Source: a virus. Taken from it: 64,000 nt of DNA. The translations under genes and the position numbers were made by a program. Below, one piece after another: positions 1-9,983 of this stretch; position 1 is the first letter of the stretch, and each line of letters starts with the position of its first letter. Location of the stretch: the IMG/VR virus record IMGVR_UViG_3300042892_002240, positions 1-64,000 of that record, one strand, 5' to 3'. The notes below the pieces were generated by a model. The model saw only the letters and a program-made list of their open reading frames with translations, was not told the DNA's origin and made no database searches.

Positions 1-23
1 CGGCTTACTTATCGTGAGGTACC

Positions 24-1457
24 ATGTCTAAGTTTCTAAATAATCTTGATCTCAATGGCAATTCATTGTACAATGTTAGGTTACAAAACCTAGCTACGGC
101 ACCAGCAACCAGCGCAGCCGCAGGTGGCATCTACTACGATACCGTTGGTAACGTTATTAAGTTCCATAACGGGACATCTTGGGTAACTGTATCAGTAGGT
201 GGTCCAAACACTTACCAACCTCTTGATGCTGACCTTACGGCTATTGCCGCGCTTACTGCTACCGAAGGTTTCCTCAGGACTAATGGTGCTGGGACTTGGA
301 GTGTTGACACCAACACCTATTTAACTTCAAGTACTGGTGTAACCACAGTCAATGGTTCTAGTGGACCAATTATTAATGTGGCCCTAACCACTAATACTTT
401 GGCGCAATTTGCTGCTACTACATCTTCCCAGCTAGCAGGGGTAATTTCAGACGAAACTGGTACTGGCGCGTTGGTGTTTGCTAACACTCCAACATTTGTT
501 AGCCCTATTCTCGGCACCCCTACATCAGGAACATTGACTAATGCAACTGGCCTTCCCATTACAACTGGTGTTTCTGGGCTTGGTACAAATGTTGCTACAT
601 TCTTAGCCACTCCGTCATCTGCCAACTTGGCATCTGCAGTTACAGATGAAACTGGTACTGGGCTACTTGTTTTTGGTACCAGCCCTGCAATTACTACCTC
701 TATTACTACTGGTAGTGCTTCTTTTGCCCTAGTTAATACAACTGCTACAGAAGTTAACTTTGCTGGCGCAGCAACTACCCTAAACATTGGTGCTGCTACT
801 GGTACCACTACTATCAATAACAACACCGTTATTGGTGGAAACTTGACTGTTAATGGTACAACAACCACCGTAAACAGCACAGTTATAACTGTTGATGACA
901 TCCACATTGAATTGGGTGCAGTAGCGGTACCAACAGATATTACCGCTGAAAGTGGCGGTATTATCCTTCAGGGTCTAACCAATAAGACCCTTACTTGGAT
1001 TGGTACTAATACCGCATGGACGTCTTCAGAAAACTTTGATCTTGTTACGGGTAAGGCCTACAAGATTAATGGAACTAACGTTCTTTCAAGCACAACTTTG
1101 GGTTCTGGAGTTACTGGTTCGTCACTTACCTCAGTTGGTACAATTACTAGCGGTACTTGGACTGGTACAACCATTGCTGTTGCTAATGGTGGTACGGGTG
1201 CAACCACTGCAGCAGGAGCCAAAACTAACCTTGGCTTTACAACTAAGTTTGCTGAGCCTATTGGTGACGGTTCTGCCACGTCATTTACGGTTTCTCACGG
1301 CCTTGCTTCACGCGATGTGCAGGTCTATGTTTACGAAACAAGCTCACCATGGGAACGAGTGTTTCCTGATGTTAAGCATACCTCTACGTCTGTGGTAACT
1401 TTAGAATTTGCAGTCGCCCCAACATCCGCACAGTACCGAGTTGTAGTTATTGGGTAA
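24..1457 (+). CDS. Thr/Gly-rich virion fibre/structural protein
   Basis: 477 aa, repeated DETGTG.LVF units, beta-rich composition typical of phage fibre proteins; SD-like GAGGT upstream. Confidence 0.65.
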   Translation: MSKFLNNLDLNGNSLYNVRLQNLATAPATSAAAGGIYYDTVGNVIKFHNGTSWVTVSVGGPNTYQPLDADLTAIAALTATEGFLRTNGAGTWSVDTNTYLTSSTGVTTVNGSSGPIINVALTTNTLAQFAATTSSQLAGVISDETGTGALVFANTPTFVSPILGTPTSGTLTNATGLPITTGVSGLGTNVATFLATPSSANLASAVTDETGTGLLVFGTSPAITTSITTGSASFALVNTTATEVNFAGAATTLNIGAATGTTTINNNTVIGGNLTVNGTTTTVNSTVITVDDIHIELGAVAVPTDITAESGGIILQGLTNKTLTWIGTNTAWTSSENFDLVTGKAYKINGTNVLSSTTLGSGVTGSSLTSVGTITSGTWTGTTIAVANGGTGATTAAGAKTNLGFTTKFAEPIGDGSATSFTVSHGLASRDVQVYVYETSSPWERVFPDVKHTSTSVVTLEFAVAPTSAQYRVVVIG

Positions 1458-1474
1458 CACCATAAAGGAAAACA

Positions 1475-3196
1475 ATGGCTAACTTTCTAAAGTCCCTCTT
1501 TGTTAAGGGGGTCGAAATTGATACAGCCAGTGCAACAACTGGAAAAGTACTCACATACGATGGCACTAAGTTTGCTCCTGCAACCCCTGGTGCGGGTTCT
1601 TTAGCCCTTGACGACCTTTCAGATGTTGCTATTACATCTGTTGCTACAAACCAACTGTTGGTATATAACGGAACTAGTTGGGTAAACACTACTGGTCCTG
1701 TTGGCCCTGCTGGAGCTACAGGTGCTACAGGTGCTACAGGACCAACAGGTCTAACTGGAGCAACGGGTGCTACTGGGCCACAAGGCCCAGAAGGCCCTGC
1801 TGGTATGAATGGCGCAAATGGTTCTAATGGTAATACGGGTCCGCAAGGTGATACGGGTCCGCAGGGAGCAACGGGAGCACAAGGCCCAGCAGGTGCAACA
1901 GGCCCTGTTGCTGGTTCCGCTAATCAAGTTGTTTACAAAGATGGCTCCAACAATCCCGCAGGCAGTGTAAACCTACAATATGACACCTCAACTGGTCTTA
2001 TATTAGAAGGAGACTTAAGAGTTGATGGGGCTGGGATAAGTTCCACAACATTAAAAGTTGATGCTACTAACCATCGTGTGGGTATTGGCAAATACGACCC
2101 TGCTGAAAAACTAGATGTTGACGGCAATATTGCCCTAACAGGTTCAGTTATTTTTGAAGGTGCAACTGCTGACTCTTTTGAAACGACCCTAAGCGTTACT
2201 GACCCGACCGCCGACAGAACAATTACTTTACCTAATGTTAGTGGCACAGTAATTACCACAGGTGATACTGGTTCTGTAACAAGTACAATGATTCTTGACG
2301 GGACTATTCTTAATGCTGATATTAACACCGCTGCTGCTATTGACTTATCTAAACTTGCTTCAGGAACCTCTGCCCAAGTTGTAATTGCTAATGGTTCTGG
2401 TGTACCTACTTATAATAGTCTTACTGGTGATGTAACGGTTACAAACACGGGCGTAACAGCTATTGGCGCAAACAAAGTAACCCGATCAATGTTGGCCGCA
2501 ACAGAACAAATGCCAGTAGGCACCATTCTTATGTGGGCTGGTGGTAGTACTACTACAGCAACTTACACAACTGCTGATGTTCCAACTGGGTTTTTACTTT
2601 GTGATGGTACCGCAGTTTCTCGCACAACATACTTAGACCTATTTACCGCTATTGACATTAGGTATGGTAACGGAGATACTTCAACTACTTTCAACTTACC
2701 TAACCTTATTGCTTTTGCACCAGTTGGTTCTAAAACTGCTTCTGCAAAAACAAATGGTATTCGTGGTACGGCTAATGCCGTTGCTACTAGCTACACAACT
2801 ACCGGAGCTACTTCTGCAACAGCACACCACTCCCACACACTGACTGGCTCAAACTCCACTGCTTCAAACATTGGTATTACTGGTTCAAACTCCACTGCTT
2901 CAAACATTGGTATTACTGGCGCGAATAGTAACATCGCAGATAACCAGCACCGACATACTTACCAAAAGCCAACTTCTAACTACTTTCAAACCGACACTGG
3001 TTTTTCATATGCTATATCTGGAACCAACAGCAACATCGGCCTTGCTGGTTCTAACGCGAGCGCCTCGAACATTGGGCTTAGTGGTAGTAATGCTGCAGCT
3101 TCTAACCTCTCAGCCGCTACTCTAACTTCTGGAAATACAACTGCACATAGCCACACAATTTCTGGCCACGCGGTTGTTTACATCATTAAGTACTAA
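1475..3196 (+). CDS. Tail fibre with collagen-like G-X-Y stretch, tail-collar domain and HxH-containing tip
   Basis: 24 G-X-Y triplets (1694-1909); collar motif [30 protein letters not shown]...[13 protein letters not shown]; HSH/HRH/HSH motifs; ends YIIKY. Confidence 0.85.
   Translation: MANFLKSLFVKGVEIDTASATTGKVLTYDGTKFAPATPGAGSLALDDLSDVAITSVATNQLLVYNGTSWVNTTGPVGPAGATGATGATGPTGLTGATGATGPQGPEGPAGMNGANGSNGNTGPQGDTGPQGATGAQGPAGATGPVAGSANQVVYKDGSNNPAGSVNLQYDTSTGLILEGDLRVDGAGISSTTLKVDATNHRVGIGKYDPAEKLDVDGNIALTGSVIFEGATADSFETTLSVTDPTADRTITLPNVSGTVITTGDTGSVTSTMILDGTILNADINTAAAIDLSKLASGTSAQVVIANGSGVPTYNSLTGDVTVTNTGVTAIGANKVTRSMLAATEQMPVGTILMWAGGSTTTATYTTADVPTGFLLCDGTAVSRTTYLDLFTAIDIRYGNGDTSTTFNLPNLIAFAPVGSKTASAKTNGIRGTANAVATSYTTTGATSATAHHSHTLTGSNSTASNIGITGSNSTASNIGITGANSNIADNQHRHTYQKPTSNYFQTDTGFSYAISGTNSNIGLAGSNASASNIGLSGSNAAASNLSAATLTSGNTTAHSHTISGHAVVYIIKY
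1694..1909 (+). repeat. Collagen-like (Gly-X-Y)24 coding repeat
   Basis: [30 protein letters not shown]...GATGPV read from the translation. Confidence 0.9.
2844..2920 (+). repeat. 36-bp near-perfect tandem duplication ([12 protein letters not shown] x2) in fibre tip
   Basis: ctgg(c/t)tcaaactccactgcttcaaacattggtatta twice; degenerate peptide copies continue to ~3110. Confidence 0.9.
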
Positions 3197-3205
3197 GGAT
3201 TACAC

Positions 3206-3928
3206 ATGGCAGATTTTCCTAAAAAACTTCAAGATTTTTCAAGACCTCAAACCATAGGTAAATTCTATAAAAAAATAGGTACAGATGATTCTGTTGGAGT
3301 TTTTAGTTTTACAAGAATGGTTAATCCAAAAAATGCATTAGATGTAGATGTACCAAACGAACAACGTTGTGATGCTCGTTCTAAAAAAGGACCATCTGGG
3401 TTTCATGATTGGGACGCTGAAACAAGTACTTGTAGTTGTGGGTCTACTAATAAACCCTACGGTTTAACACACCATCACTACATTAAGTTTAATCAACTTG
3501 TGTGTATGCACACTGTAATGGATATTCCACCGTGCAGTGTAATTATGTACATGGAATTAAAAAATCCAGAAGATGAAATTAAAACTATTGAAGATTATCA
3601 TCACGAGCACACCAGGACACTCCAAGAATTATTTAGATTAATTATTGAATGGGATTTTGTTTATACAAACTTTAACAATAGAGAAGAAACAGCTATTGTT
3701 TGTAACGAAATTATGTCAAATATAAATATGCCAAGTGAAGTTAAAAACTGGTTTATTGAAGAAATGCCATCAGAAAAAGTTGGTAGGTATTTAGAAGGTA
3801 GCACAGACGCTAGGGTTAGAATTCCTGAATTAATACCAGATCTACCTGATTTTGTAAGTGAATGGTTTTTGACTAAAGTACTCTATAACAACAAGGGTAT
3901 TGGAAAGTACGATAGTTTTGATTCTTGA
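3206..3928 (+). CDS. Hypothetical protein, paralogue A with RCDA..FH.WD..CSCG..HH putative metal site
   Basis: 240 aa; full-length similarity to next ORF (HTRTLQEL.R..IEWD..YT, EK.GR.L.G.T.AR.R, IPDL). Confidence 0.75.
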   Translation: MADFPKKLQDFSRPQTIGKFYKKIGTDDSVGVFSFTRMVNPKNALDVDVPNEQRCDARSKKGPSGFHDWDAETSTCSCGSTNKPYGLTHHHYIKFNQLVCMHTVMDIPPCSVIMYMELKNPEDEIKTIEDYHHEHTRTLQELFRLIIEWDFVYTNFNNREETAIVCNEIMSNINMPSEVKNWFIEEMPSEKVGRYLEGSTDARVRIPELIPDLPDFVSEWFLTKVLYNNKGIGKYDSFDS

Positions 3929-4616
3929 ACCTTCAAAAAAAATAACTGATGGTTACGGTGAAGATAGCCATCCTGGGTACTTTTACCGTAAACAAGGGGT
4001 TGACGACAACAGGGGTTTATTTTGTGTTACCAAGTTTGATGTTATTCCAAAACAATTTTTAGATAATGGTGACTACATCAGATGTGACGCGGGGTACCCA
4101 GGGCCACGTAGTTTTCATTATTGGGATGGCACTGAATGTTCCTGTGGGCTTTCTACCCCTCCTGATCCTTCAACAGGCCACCACATAGTCCATCTTGATA
4201 ACGTTCGAGCATCTCTTCCTGTCATTGACGCCTATCCTTACGGAGCAATTATTTACATTGAATTGCATCCGGAAGAGTTAGAAGACCAGCTAATACTAGA
4301 GCCCCACCACACTAGGACCCTTCAAGAATTACTACGGTATTTAATTGAATGGGATTGGGCGTACACAGAGTTAAATAGCATTGAAGAAATTGCAGTAATT
4401 AGCAATGGGATAGTAAATACTTTAAATATTCCAAATTCTATAAAAGACTGGGTAATTGCCAATGTTCCTGAAGAAAAGTTGGGCCGCTTTCTCAAAGGTG
4501 AAACAAACGCCAGAGAAAGAACAACAAAACAAATACCAGACCTTACCGAAGAGCTTGATGAGTGGTTATACTCAAAAATTAACAAGTGCAGGACATACCA
4601 AGAATTTGGAGAATAA
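3918..4616 (+). CDS. Hypothetical protein, paralogue B (start uncertain: TTG 3900 or 3918)
   Basis: Same motifs as 3206-3928; overlaps the upstream stop. Confidence 0.75.
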   Translation: MILEPSKKITDGYGEDSHPGYFYRKQGVDDNRGLFCVTKFDVIPKQFLDNGDYIRCDAGYPGPRSFHYWDGTECSCGLSTPPDPSTGHHIVHLDNVRASLPVIDAYPYGAIIYIELHPEELEDQLILEPHHTRTLQELLRYLIEWDWAYTELNSIEEIAVISNGIVNTLNIPNSIKDWVIANVPEEKLGRFLKGETNARERTTKQIPDLTEELDEWLYSKINKCRTYQEFGE

Positions 4617-4617
4617 A

Positions 4618-5352
4618 ATGGAAGTGACATTCCCTGCTGGAAAATCAGGAATGATTGCAGTCTACGATGGTTTGCTTGCTGAAAACTGGTGTTCTTCTTT
4701 AATACAAAAACTACAGCCAGTTTATGATTTAATTTCTTTTGATGGCCAAACAATGGATGGTGTGCAAAAAGCAATTAAAAGAACTTCTGACCTACCGTTT
4801 GTAAACATGGAGCTATTAAATAGTAATGGTTTATCGTGGGAGTCTGACTTTAAAAAAGTTGATGAAGCAATTGTTGAAGGTATAAAAACCGCGTTGTCCC
4901 ACTACATGCAACAATACCGATCTCTTCACAGTTTAGTATTTCCGGTTGATTCTGGTTTTAATTTACAACGGTACACAAAAAATGAAGGATTTTATAGAGA
5001 ACATGTAGATTGTGTGCCTTGGGATACCTCTTCAAATAACAGAATCCTTGCAGCAATAGTGTATTTAAACACCGTAGAACACGGTGGCCACACTAACTTC
5101 CCCCTACATGAAGTGTCTGTTGCTCCAGTTGTTGGAAGGATTGTGCTGTTCCCAACGGCATGGACTCACCCTCATGAGGGTTGCCCATCTTTTTCAGAAG
5201 ATCGTTGGTTAATTAATACATTTATCATGTCAGGTCTTGTTGATAGTATTCAACCTAACAACACACCCCTTCCACAAAACAATGACCATGATCATTTTGA
5301 TCCAACGGATGAATTTGAATGGCAAGAAACAGGAGTAGAAAATGGCCAGTAA
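4618..5352 (+). CDS. 2OG-Fe(II) oxygenase (prolyl-4-hydroxylase-like)
   Basis: HVD (HxD), ILAAIVYLN..GG.T.F, G.IVLFP..WTHPH and distal R (EDRW); ATG 4618 after GGAG. Confidence 0.9.
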   Translation: MEVTFPAGKSGMIAVYDGLLAENWCSSLIQKLQPVYDLISFDGQTMDGVQKAIKRTSDLPFVNMELLNSNGLSWESDFKKVDEAIVEGIKTALSHYMQQYRSLHSLVFPVDSGFNLQRYTKNEGFYREHVDCVPWDTSSNNRILAAIVYLNTVEHGGHTNFPLHEVSVAPVVGRIVLFPTAWTHPHEGCPSFSEDRWLINTFIMSGLVDSIQPNNTPLPQNNDHDHFDPTDEFEWQETGVENGQ

Positions 5353-5515
5353 ACCCAAAGCCCAAAGCCCCAATGTACAAGTAGACATTAATAAAGTAAT
5401 TGAGTCCCTTGTAAATCAGATCGCCCAGCAGGCTCAGCGTGTAGCTGTCCTAGAGGCTACAATTGATGCTATACAGAAAGCCCCTAATGCACCTGGTTCT
5501 CAGGAGGAAGAGTGA
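5342..5515 (+). CDS. Small coiled-coil protein (57 aa, not in ORF track)
   Basis: MASKPKAQSPNVQVDINKVIESLVNQIAQQAQRVAVLEATIDAIQK..., AGGAG SD upstream, fills the gap between genes. Confidence 0.7.
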   Translation: MASKPKAQSPNVQVDINKVIESLVNQIAQQAQRVAVLEATIDAIQKAPNAPGSQEEE

Positions 5516-5523
5516 TTGTTCAC

Positions 5524-5715
5524 ATGTACCTTACAAAACAAAATAAGGCTTTGATTGCCTCTTATGCCCGTAGCGTCCTCGGAGCCGCCGTGGCTACCTA
5601 CACAGCTACACAGGACTGGAAGTTGACCCTAAATGCTCTCTGGGCTGCTGCTTTGCCTGTGGCTATGCGTTTCTTTAACCCCAATGACACGGCTTTTGGT
5701 AAAGGTGAAAAGTGA
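5524..5715 (+). CDS. Holin (actinophage type)
   Basis: Two hydrophobic segments, SYARS..GA..A and PV.MR..NP.D.AFG motifs, directly upstream of the endolysin. Confidence 0.75.
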   Translation: MYLTKQNKALIASYARSVLGAAVATYTATQDWKLTLNALWAAALPVAMRFFNPNDTAFGKGEK

Positions 5716-6524
5716 ATTTACCCTTTATTAAACTTGTTGTCCCCACCGCCCTTAAGCAGTATAAGAATGGTCAGTTAGCTGACAGCGTTCTTGCGCCCAT
5801 TAAAACCGGTGGAAAGATGTACGCACCAGTTGCGGCAGAGTTCAACAAGTTGTATGACGCAGCAATTGCCGCTGGTATCAAGCTAAAAAACGTTGGTGAC
5901 TACCGCTCATTCCAGGGTCAGTTAACAATGTTTATGGATCGTTATGTAACCACCGATACTGGTACGGGTGTAACCCGTCAATATGAGGGTAAGACCTGGT
6001 GGTTAAAGAAGGGCAAAGCTCCTTCAGCTGCCCCAGACCCAACTGGCCTTAAGGGTTCTAACCACGGTTGGGGTCTTGCCATTGACCTTGGTTACGACCA
6101 GGGTGGTAAGACCGCTTCGTTTGGTGTAAACGTTCCTGCTTTCCAGTGGATGTGTGCTAACGCCCCCAAGTATGGTTTTTACCTTCAGGGCAATAACCCT
6201 GCTTCTAAAGAGTTTGAAGCTTGGCACTGGCAGTACGCTCTCGGTGACGCTTCACCAGATGGTTCAGCTCAGGCCGCTCCAGCAGCAGCCCCAGCCGCCC
6301 CAGCACCTGCTGGTGGTGGCATGAAGTTTGATTACCCAGGTGCTCCAGTAGGTCTTGGTTCTAAGGGAGTACACGCTTCTTTGGTTCAAGCAATTATTGG
6401 TGCAAAAGCTGATGGTGATTTTGGCCCCAAGTCTGTTGCTTCTCTCAAGGCATGGCAAACTGCTAATGGTCTAACTGCGGACGGCTCCGTCGGTCCTGTA
6501 ACATGGAAGAAGATGTTCGGCTGA
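5712..6524 (+). CDS. Endolysin: M15 (VanY-like) Zn peptidase plus C-terminal peptidoglycan-binding domain
   Basis: YRS..Q, SNHGWGLAID, EAWHW; Ala/Pro linker; ADGDFGP..WQ..NGLTADG.VGP.TW. Confidence 0.9.
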   Translation: MNLPFIKLVVPTALKQYKNGQLADSVLAPIKTGGKMYAPVAAEFNKLYDAAIAAGIKLKNVGDYRSFQGQLTMFMDRYVTTDTGTGVTRQYEGKTWWLKKGKAPSAAPDPTGLKGSNHGWGLAIDLGYDQGGKTASFGVNVPAFQWMCANAPKYGFYLQGNNPASKEFEAWHWQYALGDASPDGSAQAAPAAAPAAPAPAGGGMKFDYPGAPVGLGSKGVHASLVQAIIGAKADGDFGPKSVASLKAWQTANGLTADGSVGPVTWKKMFG

Positions 6525-6537
6525 TAAGGAGCCCTTA

Positions 6538-7356
6538 ATGGCTGTAAGAGTTCAATTTAGACGAGGCACTGCTGCGCAATGGGCTGCAAGTACCGCCCCA
6601 CTTGCTGAGGGTGAACTTGGTTATGCCACGGACAATGGCCAAATTAGATTCGGTGCAGCTGGTGGAAGCATATGGAATAACTCAGCAATTGCTGCAGCTG
6701 GTGACATTAACGCTGTATACGCTGGAACGGGTTTAATTTACGGTGCTTTAACTAACGCTGGAGGAGCATCTTCTGGTTCGGCAGGTATTGTTGAACTTGA
6801 AGTTAACCCAGCAGCAGTTCTTATGGCTAGCACTATCACCGCCAAAGGTGACATGATTGTTGGTTCTGGCAGCGCAACGTATGTGCACCTTGCAAAGGGT
6901 ACAAATAATAAGTTCCTAACTGTAGACACTAGCGTTACATCTTCCAACTTAGCTTGGTCAAACACCCTTACTAACGGCATCTTAAAAGCCCCATTAGAAC
7001 AATGGAGCATTGCAGCCACCGTGCCTGGGACTCTTAATGCCACCACTGCGTCTGCCTGGTACTTTACTTCCAACACAACCGCAAACTGGACTTTGAATGT
7101 AACTAACGTTGCTTCATTACTAGCAATTGGACAGACTATAACGGTTTCGGCGGCGGTGACTAATGGTACGACTGGTTACTACCAATCTCAATTGCAAATT
7201 GAAGGTACAAACCAAACCGTAAAGTGGAACAACGGATTGACCCCAGCAACTACCGGTGGTAGTGCTAGTGCTATTGATGTGTACACTTTTACAATTCTTA
7301 AAACAGCTGACACTCCTACTTATGTGGTATTTGGCTCTAAAACAAAGTTTGCGTAA
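6538..7356 (+). CDS. Fibre protein with Mtd_N-like N-terminus
   Basis: QFRRGTAAQWAA...LAEGELGY.TD motif. Confidence 0.75.
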   Translation: MAVRVQFRRGTAAQWAASTAPLAEGELGYATDNGQIRFGAAGGSIWNNSAIAAAGDINAVYAGTGLIYGALTNAGGASSGSAGIVELEVNPAAVLMASTITAKGDMIVGSGSATYVHLAKGTNNKFLTVDTSVTSSNLAWSNTLTNGILKAPLEQWSIAATVPGTLNATTASAWYFTSNTTANWTLNVTNVASLLAIGQTITVSAAVTNGTTGYYQSQLQIEGTNQTVKWNNGLTPATTGGSASAIDVYTFTILKTADTPTYVVFGSKTKFA

Positions 7357-8852
7357 TGGCACTACTCAATAGCTTTACCGGAGCAAGTAGCAGGGCATTA
7401 GGTTTCTCTAATGCTGAACCACCTTCTGCGCCCACCATTAGCACTACTAAAACTGCAACTACAATTACTGTTACGTACACTTTAAACAGCGGTGCGTTCC
7501 CTATTCAAACAACCCAGTACAAACTTGATAGTGGTGCGTTTATTACTATTACAGGTGGGTCATTTACCTTAACAGGTTTAAGTGTAAACACTTCTTACAC
7601 CATTACAATGAGGTCAACTGACCTAGCTGGGCAAACTAGCCTTGAGTCTTCGTCAGTGGTTGTCACCAACACTGAAACTGCACCTTCCGCCCCAGCTTCA
7701 GTTACTGCCAGTTCTAGTTCATCAACTACTTTAAGTATTAACTTTACGGCAGCTACTGCTGGAACATACCCAATTGCTAGTTATCAATACCTTTTGTACA
7801 CAGGTGGTAGCCCTGTTGGTGACTGGGCAACAACTCCTACTGGCCCTGGTGAAACATTTATTCGTAGTAGTTTAACTGCTGATGCCACATACACAGTGTA
7901 TGTACGAGCTATTGCTTCTGTTACAACAACCCCCAGCAGTAACAACCTTGTTACAGCACAAGTTAATCCAGAAACCCCCGCAGCACCTGCATTAAGCTTT
8001 GCTAGCACTAGCAGTAGTGATCGTGCTAACGCTTTCCTTTCATGGGGGGCTGTTTCCTATGCAACGACTTACCATGTATACAGAAACAATGCATATTATG
8101 CAGCAACTAGTTCAACAGCAATGACTGTTGCAGTGTCCCCTGGGTCTAGTTGGATTTTTCATGTGTTTGCTGGAAACAGACTTGGTAATTTTTCTAATGT
8201 TTCTAATTTTAAGTACATGACTACGGGTCAAACAAACGTTGAATACACAAAAAGAAATAATTCAATTAGGTACGTAGCTGACCCAACGTTTAATTATGGT
8301 GGGGATGCGTACAACAGCGATGTTGTGTCAACGGTAACACTTCCAAATATACCTACTAACGACCCAAATACCGCTGGTTACATTTACATAAATTCTATGG
8401 GTGCAACTTTTGCGTGGATGCAGGCACCTGGAATTGCTGGAACACCTAGCTACACAACTAGTAAATATTCAGCAATTTATTCTTTTGCTGGTTCAGGTAG
8501 AACTACGGCTTGGAAAACAGATGCAACACTTTCAGGAAATGGTTGGGGTAGTGGTTTTAACACGACCAACATTAGTGGAACTAACGCAATCAACAAAGCT
8601 CTAGGAGACAACTACTTTTGTTATATCTCTACTGGGGGAACCGCTCTTAGCGGTAAAAGATTCTCTGTTGCTGCTTTAGGTGCAAGTTGGAGTTCTTTAT
8701 CGTCTGCTCCAGACCCCAATGATGCAACACAAAGCTACGGCACACTGATTGGGTACAACGCCGGGTCTTTTGAAACCGTCTACGCATACGCTTTAATCAT
8801 GTCTTCTTTATACGTAGAGGGCTACCAAACTACAGCAACTACCTACGCTTAA
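7356..8852 (+). CDS. Fibronectin type III repeat virion protein
   Basis: About three FN3-like units (PSAP..., L..NTSYTITMRS, L.ADATYTVYVRA) plus a C-terminal beta domain. Confidence 0.75.
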   Translation: MALLNSFTGASSRALGFSNAEPPSAPTISTTKTATTITVTYTLNSGAFPIQTTQYKLDSGAFITITGGSFTLTGLSVNTSYTITMRSTDLAGQTSLESSSVVVTNTETAPSAPASVTASSSSSTTLSINFTAATAGTYPIASYQYLLYTGGSPVGDWATTPTGPGETFIRSSLTADATYTVYVRAIASVTTTPSSNNLVTAQVNPETPAAPALSFASTSSSDRANAFLSWGAVSYATTYHVYRNNAYYAATSSTAMTVAVSPGSSWIFHVFAGNRLGNFSNVSNFKYMTTGQTNVEYTKRNNSIRYVADPTFNYGGDAYNSDVVSTVTLPNIPTNDPNTAGYIYINSMGATFAWMQAPGIAGTPSYTTSKYSAIYSFAGSGRTTAWKTDATLSGNGWGSGFNTTNISGTNAINKALGDNYFCYISTGGTALSGKRFSVAALGASWSSLSSAPDPNDATQSYGTLIGYNAGSFETVYAYALIMSSLYVEGYQTTATTYA

Positions 8853-8862
8853 GGAACACAAA

Positions 8863-9702
8863 TTGGCTCGCAAAAAGTTAAATTTACAAGACTCACTAAA
8901 AGACATTATTAAAAGACAACAAGAAGCACAAGAAGCTTTTGAAGGTAAAAGCAATAGGCGTGAACAGCTTTTTCGGTCTGATGAAGAACGTGAAGAAGAC
9001 GAAGCACGTATAGCATCAGGTGATTTTTATAGCTGGGGAAAAGACGAAACAGAGGAATCTGAAGAATCTGAAGAATCTGAGGAGCCTGAAGCAACAAGTG
9101 CCCCCATCCTCCCCCCACCTGAGTTAATTTACCCAATTACTCAATCTTCAAAGTTTGGAGCAGCATCTAGATACGATCTTACAATCACTAGAAAAGATAA
9201 GTATTCTGACTACCATGGGCAAGCTGCGTCAAAACAATCAACACGTGTAGCGGCAGCCCAGTGGATTCCAACATTTGACATTGACCTGGATGAACAGGGA
9301 AACCAAACATACAGCGGTTTTGGTGACATTTTAATTGGATTTGCAAGACCATCAAGGGCGCAAAGTTCAGGGTATGGAGCCCTCTACTATTGGGTGGGTC
9401 AAAACGAGGCTATTTGGGAAAACTTTAAAACAGCAGAATCTTTTGGTAAACAAGTAGAAGTTTTGGGTGATGGGGAACAGTTTGACCCAAGGCGTATTAC
9501 AGTGTACACAGAAGAACACTCAGCACATGATGAAATGGATGAGGGTGCTGAAGACACTGTTAGATGGATTTGGACTATCGGTTTTACCACCAATCGAGAT
9601 GCTGCAGAATTTGAAGCACTTAAGGCTGCACGTAAGGCTGAGGTTGCAGCACGAGCGGCAGAAAGAGCAAGAACTACAAAGGGTAAAAAAACTACCGAGT
9701 AG
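8863..9702 (+). CDS. Acidic protein with KTSC-like central domain
   Basis: STRV...W..F...Y.W.G....WENFKTAESFGK resembles the KTSC consensus; EES repeats. Confidence 0.5.
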   Translation: MARKKLNLQDSLKDIIKRQQEAQEAFEGKSNRREQLFRSDEEREEDEARIASGDFYSWGKDETEESEESEESEEPEATSAPILPPPELIYPITQSSKFGAASRYDLTITRKDKYSDYHGQAASKQSTRVAAAQWIPTFDIDLDEQGNQTYSGFGDILIGFARPSRAQSSGYGALYYWVGQNEAIWENFKTAESFGKQVEVLGDGEQFDPRRITVYTEEHSAHDEMDEGAEDTVRWIWTIGFTTNRDAAEFEALKAARKAEVAARAAERARTTKGKKTTE

Positions 9703-9716
9703 TATACTAACCAACT

Positions 9717-9983
9717 ATGAATAATTTGTACACAATTGGGCCGTTGTATTGGATTACCAGAGACACCGGAACTTACCAAGACAGAATCCTAGCAATCGGC
9801 TTTATGCGCCAAACTTCAGCACCCTGGAGAGTGGGTAGAGGGTTACATATACGCTTTGGAAAATACAGTTTTCAAGTTGGCTTGAGTAAAAAGTCAAGTA
9901 AAACAGATGACACCGAAGGCTTACTGTATGCTATGCAAGGTCGCGTGTTAGATGCATCTGTTGCAGAAATAGGAGAATGGTAA
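9717..9983 (+). CDS. Hypothetical protein
   Basis: 88-aa ORF, coupled to the next gene. Confidence 0.6.
   Translation: MNNLYTIGPLYWITRDTGTYQDRILAIGFMRQTSAPWRVGRGLHIRFGKYSFQVGLSKKSSKTDDTEGLLYAMQGRVLDASVAEIGEW

Noticed and set aside
317-907. Val-rich antisense ORFs (also 63723-63992 and several opposite fibre genes)
   Set aside because: Shadows of Thr-rich sense genes (ACN reads as Val-rich on the reverse strand)
6538-7356. Diversity-generating retroelement suggested by the Mtd_N-like domain
   Set aside because: No reverse transcriptase and no TR/VR pair with adenine-specific mismatches seen in the window
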